Part shown: positions 45,990 through 58,475 of the stretch, piece by piece | Layout: each line of letters begins with the position of its first letter | Position numbering within the stretch: position 1 is the first letter of the stretch | Source of the DNA: Eledone cirrhosa | Taxonomy: Eukaryota | Length of the DNA: 64,000 nucleotides | Direction: 5' to 3' | NCBI GenBank assembly: GCA_964016885.1 | Contig: OZ024743.1 | Location: 245,396,001-245,460,000 of the forward strand | Notes under the pieces: model-generated | Told to the model about the DNA's origin: nothing | Seen by the model: the letters and a program-made list of their open reading frames with translations, nothing else | Database searches by the model: none | Translations under genes and position numbers: made by a program

Positions 45990-46248
45990 CAGGGGCGGTA
46001 GAACTGAAAGTGGGTTGGGGACAAGGACCCCCCCCCCCCCATATTTATATTTTTCTCCCCAAGCTACCAAAACACACATCTATTTGGATATGCGCTACAA
46101 TTATGTAGCTCATATCCAAATAGATATGCGCTACATAAGTTTTCTGACCATTTTAGATTGAAATGAGCTAAATTAATCACTGCAAGTAAATTGACCAAAT
46201 CCCCCCCCCCCCCCCCCCCCCCAATTCAGAAGTGTTTCCACCGCCCGG
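45990..46248. mobile_element. MITE with CAGGGGCGGTGGAA-like TIRs (hAT-like)
   Basis: caggggcggtagaac pairs with tttccaccgcccgg. Relatives at 52276-52522, 32300-32520 and 38776. Confidence 0.55.
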
Positions 46249-47592
46249 TATATTACTGATATAAACGCATAGACACTGAGAATTTTAGCTGGTGGCATTG
46301 TTGGTTGTGATAAGGTGAGGAAAAATGAAGACTAGTAAAATTCTCTAAGACTAGGAAATGAACTGATGTTTTTGTTAGGATAGTTAATATCGTACCAATA
46401 AGCAAAGAAAAGAAGAAAAAAATCTATTACTAACATCATTTTAGGTAAGGCACTATTAAATTAATGGTATAAATTGTAATAATTGTTTCTACTTTTGGCA
46501 CAAGGCCAGCAATTATCCCAGTGTATTACTGGTACTTTATTTTATCGACCCCGTAAGGATGAAAGGCAAAGTTAACCTGGTATTTGAACTCAGACCATAA
46601 AGGGAGTAACTCTTTATGATAATAAATAGTCTCATAACTGAAATGATACAATGATGAAATAATAATTATGTCAGAGTAATTATTATGTCTGAGTTTTGAA
46701 CAACCGTGAAATTTTCACGAGGCCAACTAGTTATAGTTATTGGTTGCATCACTTCTGGGATCCTTTTGATACCAAACCGCCTGAAACTGCCTCTCGTTCC
46801 ATGATACTAAACTGGTTGCTTTAATGTGTTTATATTAATTTAAAAACATTCCATCATAATTTTATGTAACAAACTTTGTTAAGTTATGTTTCAAACACCA
46901 AATAATTAAAGAAAAAGTTTGTTATGTTATTAAACCCTTGTAAATTCTTGGTTATTTTCAAAGTTATTTGAAATTCATAGGCAATGCTTTCTATTAACAA
47001 TGTGGTAATGAATAGGTTTAAATCATTACAGCTTATTGTTGGAAGCCTCTCCTAGTCATCCACACTTCTTGGTTCATGTTCTGGTCTATATAGGGCGAGT
47101 TGGTTGATAAGATCGGGGAGTGGACGTCGGAGACATTTTCTGAAAATTAGAACTAACGATCTCTATTCCACATAGACAACGACGATACATTGTTTCTTAT
47201 CTACTTATTACTGATGATGTTGAGAATGATATCATAGTACTATGTCTGAAATCAGCCATTCTGCTAATAATAGGCCAGCAATTTGTGGGGAGAGTCGATT
47301 ACATCGACTCCATACTTTACTGGTACTTTATTTTATTGACTCCAGAGGGATGAAAGACGAAGTTGACCTTGGTGGGATTTGAACTCAGAACGTATTAATG
47401 ATAAAATGAGGAAATAAAAAATATATGTCAGAGTAATTATTGTCTTGCTTGCTAATGACCGTGGAATTTCAACTAGTCTATAATATTAATATGATCGTAC
47501 ATTTATGGTGAGAATGGAGGAAGAGTCTAAAAGAGAGAAAGAAGAGTTTTGATGGAAGGAGCAGTCTGAGGGAGAAAAATGTTGATGCGAGA

Positions 47593-47630
<38 letters not shown>

Positions 47631-47819
47631 GAAAGTGTAGATGGGAGGGAAATGAAAGAGAGGAGAGTTTTGATAGGAAGGGAAATGAAGAAAAGTGTCG
47701 ATGGGGAGGAGAAAAATAGTAACAATGTGAGGTAGAAAGCGGTTGGAGGAAGAAACAAAAAGACAGAAAGTGAGAGGGAACGCTATTTATAGATAAAACG
47801 CTATCAAAAGCATCAGTTA

Positions 47820-47987
47820 CCGTATTTCCCGGCGCCGAAGACGCTTCGTCCTCGAGGACGCACCCTAATTTTGACAACCAAAAATTAAAAAAAAAATAAT
47901 AAACCACCTTCGGCCTCTAGGACGCATGGTAGATTTTTTAGACTTATTTTAGGTAAAATGTAGCGTCTTCGACACCGGGAAATACGG
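47820..47987. mobile_element. Tc1/mariner-type MITE with ~26-bp TIRs and TA TSD
   Basis: TA ccgtatttcccggcgccgaagacgct ... agcgtcttcgacaccgggaaatacgg TA. Confidence 0.8.
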
Positions 47988-48903
47988 TAATTTCTTAGTC
48001 CCAGAGAATTCAACACATAACTAAATATTAGTTGTAACAAGTAAATCCATATCTTATTAAAGGTTTCACCCTGTGTTTATTAACTGTCGTTGAATAAACT
48101 GATATAAGTGGAAATAGTAAAAGGTTCAGTCGAACAGACGTGAAGGAATTTGTCCTTTATTCAACCAATACTGGCAATCCAACCGCCCTCAATCTCTTTA
48201 TAAGGAACTTCGGCTGGTGTTCAAATTATTAACCTCCGTAGGAATAAGCTGTAAGAGAAAACGTTTTATTAATTTGATATTTATAATAACTTAGAAATGC
48301 TAACTTTGTCTTCTTTGAATTAAACCATGTTCTGAATTGTAGAACGGCAAGAGAGCAGAACTTGGATTCCTGTAGAACCCAGACCGACTGAGCAGTGATT
48401 GTTTGTGTACCACTCATTTTATCAAAATTGAACTCGAAATTTTACATACTCAAAGGGGCACGAAGGTTTCAAGAAGAATTTTGGTTTCGATAATGAGTGA
48501 GTGTCCCATTTGTTCAATCAACAAAACAGCCTACTCATGAACTCAATGTGTGACTGAACATTCCACCTTATAACGTAATTCTCAGGGAGATTCAGCGTGA
48601 CACAGTGTGTAACAAGACTGCCCATTAAAATTACAGGTACAAGTCATCAAACGGGCTTCCAAACATTTTCTGTCTACACAATTTCACCCAGAAGACATGC
48701 GACGTTTGTACAAGATGCCATGCATTGGGATCGAACCCGAGACCTAATAATTGGGATGCGAACTTCTTAACGATTCGGTTATGGTGCGTCCACCGAAGAG
48801 TTATAAAACAGCATTAAATATCATATTTAATGAATGATGAATGATGCCGTATTTTGAGAGATGGATACAAATGTAAAAATATATATATATATATACGATA
48901 TTA

Positions 48904-50049
48904 AACGATATTAAATAAATGGAAACTATATTTATAAAACCATATTTATTTCATTATATATATTTCAGGGATATCATATTAAAAATATGGTATGCCTTCA
49001 TCAGACAAAATACAATATAAACAGTCTTATAAATAGATAGATTTGACATACCTTACACTTCAACTTCCATTTAAAAAGTTGATTTGGTAGTGAAAAATGT
49101 TAGGGACAGTTATAGAGAAAAAAAAGAAAAGAAAGAAAGAAAACGAAGAAAAAGAAGAAATGCATGCAACGAAAAACCGAGAGAGATAGATAAATAGAGA
49201 GAAGAAATTCATGTAAAGAAAAAAAAAACAGAGAGAGATAGATAGAGCGAGAAAAAACAGAGGGAGATAGATAGAGAGAGAGAGAGAGAGACATATGATC
49301 ATTATTTTTCACACATTATTGATACGTGTCTCATTCATGAATACTGATATTTACATTATAATACCTAATTCATACGAATTGATATTTTAGATTGATGAAA
49401 CATAATGTTTTAAATCTGCCTCGTTTATCTCTGGATATTTTTCTTTTCTCTCTATGTAACGGCTGTTTTCTCTCATAACCACATATATCTCTCTCTACCT
49501 TAATACTATAACTAAATAAATAAATAAATAAATATATCCTTGATACGTCATTCAACTGGTGCCCAACTACCTATTTTTCTCTCTCTCTATCTTTATCTAT
49601 ATCTATATCTCTCTCTATTTTTTTTTATTTTTTCTCTCTCTCTTTTCTCTCTCTCTCTCTCTCTCTATCTATCTCCCTCTGTTTTTTCTCTCTCTATCTA
49701 TCTCTCTCTGTTTTTTTTTTCTTTACATGAATTTCTTCTCTCTATCTATCTCTCTATATCTATCTCTCTCGGTTTTTCGTTGCATGCATTTCTTCTTTTT
49801 CTTCGTTTTCTTTCTTTCTTTCTTTTCTTTTTTTTTCTCTATAACTGTCCCTAACATTTTTCACTACCAAATCAACTTTTTAAATGGAAGTTGAAGTGTA
49901 AGGTATGTCAAATCTATCTATTTATAAGACTGTTTATATTGTATTTTGTCTGATGAAGGCATACCATATTTTTAATATGATATCCCTGAAATATATATAA
50001 TGAAATAAATATGGTTTTATAAATATAGTTTCCATTTATTTAATATCGT
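48904..50049. repeat. ~390-bp inverted repeats carrying two HHRs
   Basis: 48904-49290 is the inverse of ~49660-50049. (TA)n lies on both sides. Related to the 8.3-kb palindrome. Confidence 0.85.
49942..50007 (+). ncRNA. Type I HHR (mirror copy at 48947-49012, minus)
   Basis: tattttgt CTGATGA agg..catatt-ttt-aatatg..cct GAAA tatata TA atgaaata. Confidence 0.75.
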
Positions 50050-50138
50050 AAATATACTCCAAATACTTGTTGAGTGCTTTTATATCAGTTATAAATATTT
50101 ACTCGTTGTAACCCAACAATTTAAATAAAACTTTGCAT

Positions 50139-50211
<73 letters not shown>

Positions 50212-53181
50212 GATTGCTATTTTAACTGACTAGTTGGGCAGAACTTTAAAAAAATTACAAATTAATTCTGTGATTGTAATTGGTTGTTGTAATAACGATT
50301 TCTGATTTAGAGACAAGGCGAACAATTTTAGGAGGAAGGGTAAATCAATTATACCGACTTTACTGGTACTTTATTTTACTGACCTCGAATGGATACAAGG
50401 CAAAGTTGACCTCGGTGGTATTTGGACTCAGAGAACAGAGAGCTGGAACAAATACTGCTAGGCATTTATCCCTCGTTCTAACAACTTTGCCAACCTACCA
50501 CCGTTTTGGTTGTTGTAATTACTGGTCCAATGAAATCTCAAATATCTGGAGATTACCTCATTTCCAAGTTGTAATTTTATAATCAGTTATCTATAAAACA
50601 AATAATAGATGAAAATCGAACTTGATGTTCTAAGCTACAATATTGAAACAAACGATCGTCTTTGCTCTATAATATTTTCTGTAATAAAGTTATCAAATGA
50701 ATTCCCATAACCTACATAGCCAGTCGTTGAGGTGCCAATCTAGACGTTTACTTGTGTGTCCATCATGGTATTGCAACGGGCCTTAGAAATGCTTGGCGGT
50801 GTCCATCTCCTCTCCAAGCGTTCAATCCCTCACTAAATTTAGCATGCGAGCTGAAGCAATTATCGGAGTGTGGTTGAAAGATGTTCCGGAGCCAAAAGTG
50901 AGAGTCAAGTGAGAACCAGAGTACCCATCCATTTCTATGCCTCTTCTAGAAATCAAATTATGCTCTCTACCCGATATTGCAATAACGTTTCTTCAAATCA
51001 CTTCGCTCTATTTTTAAAGGTACAATAGATAATAATATTTCTTTAAATCGTTTCACTCTACTTTCAAAAGAACATCCGGTACAGTGATACATGCAGTTTT
51101 TGAAATAATGATTAATGAGTTATAAAACAAAAGTTAAAATATAATTTTAAAATGTGAACTGAAATCATCTGATTTGATAAGACACTAGGCATCAATAATA
51201 CGCCGTTAATGAGTCATTACGGCGTCGGATTAAATGCCTTGGTATTTTTCTAACTCACTGTTCATTGAATTCAAATCCCACTGAGGCCAATTTTGTCTTT
51301 CTTCTTTAGGGATTGATAAATAATGGGCCAAGGTAGCGGACTGGTGGAATTGTTAAAGAGTCGGACGGGATACTTTGTGATATCTGATTCTACATTCTCA
51401 GGTCAAATCCTGCCTCATTCTGCCAGGAGTTACAACTCACAAATAATATCAGAAATGGGAAGACTGATGGAAACATTATTTCCTTGGTCCGATTTGATGA
51501 TTGGCTCCATTCTTCTCCTTTTGACTTGCACATATCTGCTGCAGACCTTTTGTTGTTTATTTACAAAATCTCTATATAAGAAGTTGTGCATCAATACCGA
51601 AGTAAATGAGCATCTGCTTAAGATGGGTTAACGATTCTGAAATACATGTATACGGCGTTCTTATACAGTTATTGGGGTAGCTATGATATGTATGTATGGA
51701 TATGTAACTGCTGATGTAAGAGAGAGAGGAGACAGTGAGAAAGAGAAATAGAATAAGAATTTATCCCAGTACTGAACTAGTACTTTTTTGTCGACCTCGA
51801 AAGGATGAAAAGCAAAGTTGACTTCGGCAGAATTTGAACTCAGAGAGCGTAAACTGCCGGAACGAATAGTAAAAAACATTCTACCCATGCAGCTGTGATA
51901 TGATTACGACTTAAAATACTCACAGCGAGACTATACGTATGTTTAATATACATAAACATGTATGCGTCTCTATACAGTTCTATATATAAACATCTGGTTG
52001 ACTTAAGCAGCTTTGCGAAATTTTAAATTTAATATGTAGTCGTCCCAACGCAGATGATTATAATAATAGTCGATCAATATAAATGATTATTGGAGACGAA
52101 AAGCAATAAAGAGGCGTGGTGCCTGTTACGACTTTTCCCCGTCTCCTCAGGTACTTTACTCGTTTTTTCAATGATTATTTATAGTGATCCATTACTGTTT
52201 TTGTCATCTGTGTTCGGAGAATTACGTTCTAATTCTATATCTCTCTCTATATATATCTCATATACACACTGTATACAGGGGCAGTGGAAGCAATTCTGGA
52301 TAGGATAGGGTGGGATGGGGTAGGAGGAAATTTGGATAATTTAGTTGTGATCAGTTTAGCCTTTTGCATTCTAAAACGGTCAGAAAACTTCGATATGCGA
52401 TAAACATAACATGTACATAAAGTGTAGCGATATCCAAATAGATGTGTGTTTTGGTAGTTTAGGGAGAAAAATATAATATTGGGGTGAGGGTGGGGGCTGC
52501 TCCCCAGTTCCACATCCCCAGTATATATATATATATATAATGTAATGTAAAAAAACATAATGCTATGTACCCTTTCCTAAGGGGTTGATATATCGAACTT
52601 CTCGTCGTTTGGTAATAAACTGGTATTGTACCCAATTTAATAATCTCATATATATATATACATCTACTACACGACACTCTCTCTCCAAATCCCCTTCTCT
52701 ATATCTACCATGCAGCACTCGCTCATTCCCTCTCAATCTATCCATCACTACCAAATCCTCCCCCTCTCTATATCTATTAATCCTCTCACTCTATTCATTA
52801 ACACCAAACACTCCCCCTCACTAAATCAACCATACAATAATCTCTTCCAATCCTCCTCTCTAAATCGATTAACCCCCCCCCCCCCTCCCTATATCTACTA
52901 CACGGAACTTTTTTCCAATACCCCTCTATATATCAATTAACACCAAATTCTCCCTCTCTGTATATCTACTACATGGAACTCTCTTCTAATCTCCCTATCT
53001 AGAACTCAGAATGGCAAGGGCCGTAACTCTATGCATCAAAGCATGGCGTCCAATATATATAACGAAGGAGGTGTGGTAAGGAACCAGATGGACCATAACG
53101 CACCGGAGTACTCAATACTTTGGGTAGTAGAGTGGGTTTCCTCTTTTCCTTTTTCTTCTTCTCTCTTCACTATCACTTCTT

Positions 53182-53289
53182 TCCCTCATGGCCTTTTGAT
53201 GGATAAAAGGCCATGGGCGCGCTACAGATCGATGTTCTGTTTTAAGCGCCGAAACATCTATGACCTGTAGTAAACAGCTGATGAAGGGA
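53182..53289 (+). ncRNA. Candidate non-circularly permuted hammerhead, second family
   Basis: ggcgc gctacagatc gatg TT ctgttt taa gcgcc GAAA catc tat gacctgtagt aaacag CTGATGA aggga. Confidence 0.7.
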
Positions 53290-53408
53290 TACTTTTCTTC
53301 TATTGTTTACGTCCCATTTACCTTCCAATACTTTGTTTTCAGTAACCACACAGCCTGCCTCTTCACCTGTATGTATTTATACACACACAAACACACATAT
53401 ATATATAT

Positions 53409-53514
<106 letters not shown>

Positions 53515-53600
53515 GTAGGAGGTGAGTTTTATTGTAGTACAATAAAGCAATGCAGATATCGGATAAGAAGCACTCTACAGTTTGTAGGACTGGAGTATAC

Positions 53601-53928
53601 ATAATATAAGATCAAAAGATGGTTAAAGGAGTTCCATGTATTTTATTATGCGCATTTCAAAAACAAACATCATCATGCAATAATATTTGTGTTTTCATCA
53701 GATAAAACAGGAGAACATGATATGAAGGCTAAAAAACACTTGTGGATAGTGCAGTTTTAAATCAACATATGTTGATTTAAAACTGCACTATCCACAAGTG
53801 TTTTTTAGCCTTCATATCATGTTCTCCTGTTTTATCTGATGAAAACACAAATATTATTGCATGATGATGTTTGTTTTTGAAATGCGCATAATAAAATACA
53901 TGGAACTCCTTTAACCATCTTTTGATCT

Positions 53929-53936
<8 letters not shown>
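53601..53936. repeat. Perfect spacerless 336-bp palindrome carrying two HHRs
   Basis: Centre aacat|atgtt at 53768/53769. Flanked by (TA)n. Confidence 0.9.
53828..53898 (+). ncRNA. Type I HHR (mirror copy at 53639-53709, minus)
   Basis: gttttat CTGATGA aa.. acaaatattatt/gatgatgtttgt ..tt GAAA tgcgca TA ataaaat. Confidence 0.85.
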
Positions 53937-53978
<42 letters not shown>

Positions 53979-54103
53979 GCCTTCCAATTTTACATTAGAT
54001 ACATGTCTGCGTGTATTTTAATTATTTAAAAGTATTCAAGTGAACATTATTTTTTAAAGATATTTTTAAGCGAACGTGACCCAACGGGCCACGGGTGGTA
54101 TAG

Positions 54104-54192
<89 letters not shown>

Positions 54193-54202
54193 ATGTATGT
54201 AT

Positions 54203-57200
54203 GTTCTTCTGGTTTTATAATTTCACAAAGTTTTACCAATAGAGAGAGAGTCGATTTCTAACATAGACACAAGACTCTCTCATTGGAATTTACACAACAT
54301 CAACTAGGTAGATATGTATGTATGCATGCATGTGTAGATATGGATGTTATTGTATGTGTGGATGCGTATGTTTTGAGTTGTATGTGTGCATGTGTATATG
54401 CTTTGTATCTGTACATGTGTATATGCAGTTATTAGATGCAACATTTTTGGAATGTTTTACATATTTTACTGTTCCATTAATGGATTGTACTTGTAATTTC
54501 CTAACTAGTTGTGTTCTTTCTGTTCCTGTGAAGCCTAGCTTCTCAAGATTTGTATTGAGGCAGTTACTAACATATCCCAGTGCCCCAATAATCACAGGCA
54601 TAAATCTGAAGGTGTAATCAGGGTGGAGTATCTGCAGATTTCTCATCAGTTCTGCATAAATATTCTCCTTTTCACTAATCTTTGATATTATATTGGCATC
54701 TGCTGGGCAGCTAATTTCCACTACTGTGCATGCTTTCTTCTCCCTGTCCCATATCATAATATCTGTTCTGTTATGCCTGCATTTTATTCGGGTTTTTACT
54801 GGAACATTCCACCAGTACTCTTTCATATTATGTACATGGATGTCTTCCACATTGTTGTAGCTTTTAATGTGTTTATTATCGGGGATATCTTTTTTACGAA
54901 CTGCATTGTATAGTGTTTTGGCCACTACATCATGCCTGATAGGTAGATAGTACCGCGATGACATCTTTGGACAGCTGCTGATGACATGGGTGATATCCTC
55001 GATGTTAGTTCTGCAGAGTCTGCACTTGTTATCACATCCAGGTGTTTTGCCTGCATCCCTATCTCTTTTGTGAATCAGGTATTTCGTGCTAATCTCCTGT
55101 TCTTGGATTGCAAAAGCGTATCCTTCAAAGTGGGAGCCAATATAGCGGTTGTTGCTCCAAGATAGACTACTTTCCTTATCTATATTACTCTCACTCTGGA
55201 GCTTCCTGGCAACATATCCATGCATGATTTTTTGCTGATAGGCATGCAGTTTTTCATCCATGGATTCACTGCGATACTGCTGAGCGACATCCCTGGGTGT
55301 GAGTTTTTGATTATCACACAGGGAATATCTCTCAAGGAGTTCCTTCCCAACTCTCATGATCTTATCTGTTTCATGCAGATAGACTTGCTCGAGAAGCGGG
55401 CTCCTACGCTTCGAGGTTCGTAGATGTTGTCGGAGAGATATGATGCGACATTCAAATGTTGTCTGGACTGATGTTAGGCCTCTGCCTCCCTGCTTACGTT
55501 TCAAGTAAAGGCTGTCTATGTCCCTGTTGATGTGGAAGTTTCCGGTGTTGTTCAGTATTTTTCGAGTTCCAACATCAACTGCTCGGATTTCGTCTATCGT
55601 CCAATTGAGTATTCCAAACGTTGGCGTTAGGACAGGCACAGCAAACACATTGTGAGCCACTGTTTTGTTTTGCGCAGAGAGTTCCGATGACCAGATCTTT
55701 CTTAATCGGGTGTAGTATTCCCTGGTTACGCGTTCTTTATTACAGATACCATTATAGGATATGTTCTCATCTATTCCCAGGTATCTGTAGCAGTCCTCAT
55801 CAGATATCGGTGAAACAGTTAGACCATTGATGACGATGTTGCTAGATTGGGTTGTTGTTTTTCCCCGCTTTACAGTCATGTATGAGCATTTATCTTGGCC
55901 AAACTTCCTTCCTATATCCTTTGAGAACGTTGTAACCAGGTCAAGATTTTTCTTCATCCCATCCATGTTCTTGGCATAGAGTTTCAGATCGTCCACAAAG
56001 AAGTTATGGGTTAGGTTCGTATTTCTGTCCTCCTGTGAACCAATGATGTATCCCTCACATTTCTTGAGCAGAAAGGACAAGGGGTTTAATGACAAGATGA
56101 ACAATATCACAGAGAGACTGTCCCCCTGAAATATACCCCTGCAATATTTTATTTTATCAGTGAAAATAGAATCCTCCCTCTCTGTCTTTAACCTTAGGAC
56201 AGTAGCCCAAGAAGAAGACAGCCTCTCTATGGCTCTGACAATAATGTCTGGGACTTTAGCAAGTTGGAGGGCCTCTATCATCCAAGAGTGGGGAACAGAA
56301 TCGAAAGCTTTCTTGTAGTCCAGCCAGACTGTAGTCATATTCCTCCTAAGTTGTCGCACCTCCGACATCGCAGTTTTGTTGATTAGGAGTTGTTCAGCAC
56401 ATCCCCAAACCCTTTTCTTTCCAGCTGCTTGTTAATCTGTGATGATGTTATTATTTTCACAGTGATCTTGGAGGAATAGGTTGAGGCAGGCTGTATACAT
56501 CTTATACATCAAGTTCTGGCATGCAATAGGTCGGTAGTTTTTGGCCAAGTGGGTGTCTTTGTTCTTTGGAACGAGTAACGTTTGTGCTAATGTCAACCAT
56601 TCTGGTATAAGTGTATCTCCCTTAAGAACTTGTTGGTAGAGGTCAGTAAGATACCTCCGATAGAATATTAGTTTTTTTGTACCAGTAGCCGACAATCATG
56701 GAGTTTTCCTATCACAGTCTCAAGGGTACCCTCACTTATTTAGTATGTTTTTGTTGTAGTGTAGGAGCAATAGTTCTTTCGGATTTCTCTTAGCCACACT
56801 GCATCTTGGTTGAAATTCTTCTTTTCACCCCATATTTTTCTCCAAAAGGAATCTATGTCTTTCTGGGATGGGGCCTCAGTGACACTTATTATTTTGCCCT
56901 TCATATCTCTATAGACTGATGTTTGGTTTCGTCTGAATCTTTTATTAAGCATTTTTCTCTCAACTACCTTCTTCAGGTATCGGCGTTTTTCGCTAACAGC
57001 TCTCAATTCTTGTTTGAGGGTGATCAACTTATATTGGAGAGTTCTGGTTCTACTGTTACCAAACATCGTCTCTATTTTATTTTTCACTCTTTGTTGGTGA
57101 GGAGTGAGGTTTTTTGTGTTTGTTTGCATGTAAGGAGCATTGTCACATGTCCTATGTTTTTTCGTAGGTCAGCACTCTTTTTTTCTATTTTAGTTATATA

Positions 57201-57600
57201 TGATGGTATTTTTGGTGGTATTTTTGGTTCTTGTTAATATCTCTGCTATCACCAAGATAATGCTTCACTGTCATTGCTAAGGCATATAAACAGGCGTTGA
57301 TTTGCCAAAATGTTTATCCGTCGTAAATATTCATCCCCTATTTCGTCAATAACACGCAGTATTTCATTATTTGGTTTTTTATTCACCATTGTCCTTTAAA
57401 CACGTTCAGCAAGAGAGATATTTATACATGAGTTAATTTCTCTCTGGAAGATTTCGTTGAGGGAAATTTTCAATTGTTTATACTTTTGATTATCATTATC
57501 GAAAGTATTTTCCACAACAGTCGAGGTAGACTCGGATGGTATACGTGGTGTCACATTTATTCGATTATTATTATTATTTCTTCGATTATTATTATTATTA
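54203..57600 (-). mobile_element. R4/Dong-like RLE element, copy B (5'-truncated)
   Basis: Near-identical to 660-4050, with the same 3' end into (TACA)n. Confidence 0.9.
54347..56368 (-). CDS. RT-RLE C-terminal 673-aa open segment of copy B
   Basis: WLDYKKAFDSV, GIFQGDSLS, FVDD, CCHC, RHD. The RLE RPD motif is mutated to RTD. Upstream part is disrupted. Confidence 0.75.
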   Translation of the reverse strand: MSEVRQLRRNMTTVWLDYKKAFDSVPHSWMIEALQLAKVPDIIVRAIERLSSSWATVLRLKTEREDSIFTDKIKYCRGIFQGDSLSVILFILSLNPLSFLLKKCEGYIIGSQEDRNTNLTHNFFVDDLKLYAKNMDGMKKNLDLVTTFSKDIGRKFGQDKCSYMTVKRGKTTTQSSNIVINGLTVSPISDEDCYRYLGIDENISYNGICNKERVTREYYTRLRKIWSSELSAQNKTVAHNVFAVPVLTPTFGILNWTIDEIRAVDVGTRKILNNTGNFHINRDIDSLYLKRKQGGRGLTSVQTTFECRIISLRQHLRTSKRRSPLLEQVYLHETDKIMRVGKELLERYSLCDNQKLTPRDVAQQYRSESMDEKLHAYQQKIMHGYVARKLQSESNIDKESSLSWSNNRYIGSHFEGYAFAIQEQEISTKYLIHKRDRDAGKTPGCDNKCRLCRTNIEDITHVISSCPKMSSRYYLPIRHDVVAKTLYNAVRKKDIPDNKHIKSYNNVEDIHVHNMKEYWWNVPVKTRIKCRHNRTDIMIWDREKKACTVVEISCPADANIISKISEKENIYAELMRNLQILHPDYTFRFMPVIIGALGYVSNCLNTNLEKLGFTGTERTQLVRKLQVQSINGTVKYVKHSKNVASNNCIYTCTDTKHIHMHTYNSKHTHPHIQ

Positions 57601-57619
57601 GTATGTATTATTAGCAATA

Positions 57620-58475
57620 CATACACTTTTCAAAGACTTCCCTGTATAGATAAGAAATGCATAATCTGTAAACTAAGACTCCATATTAACTGCAAAACTA
57701 GAAATATAGTATATAGCATAAGATGTACTGAAGGACAATGTAAAGATAAGAATATAGTGTACATAGGTGAGACAGCTCGTAGTATAGGAGAACGGTTAAA
57801 TGAACACTGGCGAGAACTTCAAGATAAAAAAGAATCATCAATACTCCACCAACATGCTAAAATAGAACATAAGGGCAAATTAGCGAACATAGAAATAAAA
57901 ATAGAATCTACACACAGAAAAGACACAATGTTTAGACAAATCACAGAAGCAATAAATATAAATGAACTCCAACCAAAATTAAATAGAAAACATGAATGGA
58001 ATAGCAACATCACAACTTACAATTAAGGACAAAATGAAAACACACACACACATAGAACAAACAACCAACCAGTAACATGTAAATAAACAAATAAATAAAC
58101 AAATATAAACACACACAGACACCCGGATGTAACACATGCGCAAACTAAGCACGCAACACACACAAAAAAAAGATGGCGTAGGACAGAACAAAGGAGAGGC
58201 AAAAAACAAAGAAAAGAATCCCAGTCACTGATGAGGTCACAGAATGTGTGACGAAAGAACTTTGACAATATATGAACAACCGTCCGGTTATGGAACCAAC
58301 CAACCGGAAATTTATAAATTCTTAAATTTATAAATTTAATTTATAATAAATTGGAGTGAAAGCAACTGGTGCGTGTGTTTCTTATTGGCAACATGACCCT
58401 CTCAAAGCATAACAATATCGGTTTCAACACACGTTTTCAGATAAAGAATCTTGTTAACCAAATTCAGAAACGAAA
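57620..58475 (+). mobile_element. PLE family C second copy (GIY-YIG end + pLTR)
   Basis: Close match to 32935-33790. Ends at (TA)n. Confidence 0.85.
58224..58266 (+). ncRNA. Minimal HHR in pLTR
   Basis: gtca CTGATGA g gtcac..gtgac GAAA gaac TT tgac. Confidence 0.85.

Noticed and set aside
46760-47020. piggyBac-like MITE
   Set aside because: Termini are too degraded to confirm TIRs or a TTAA TSD.
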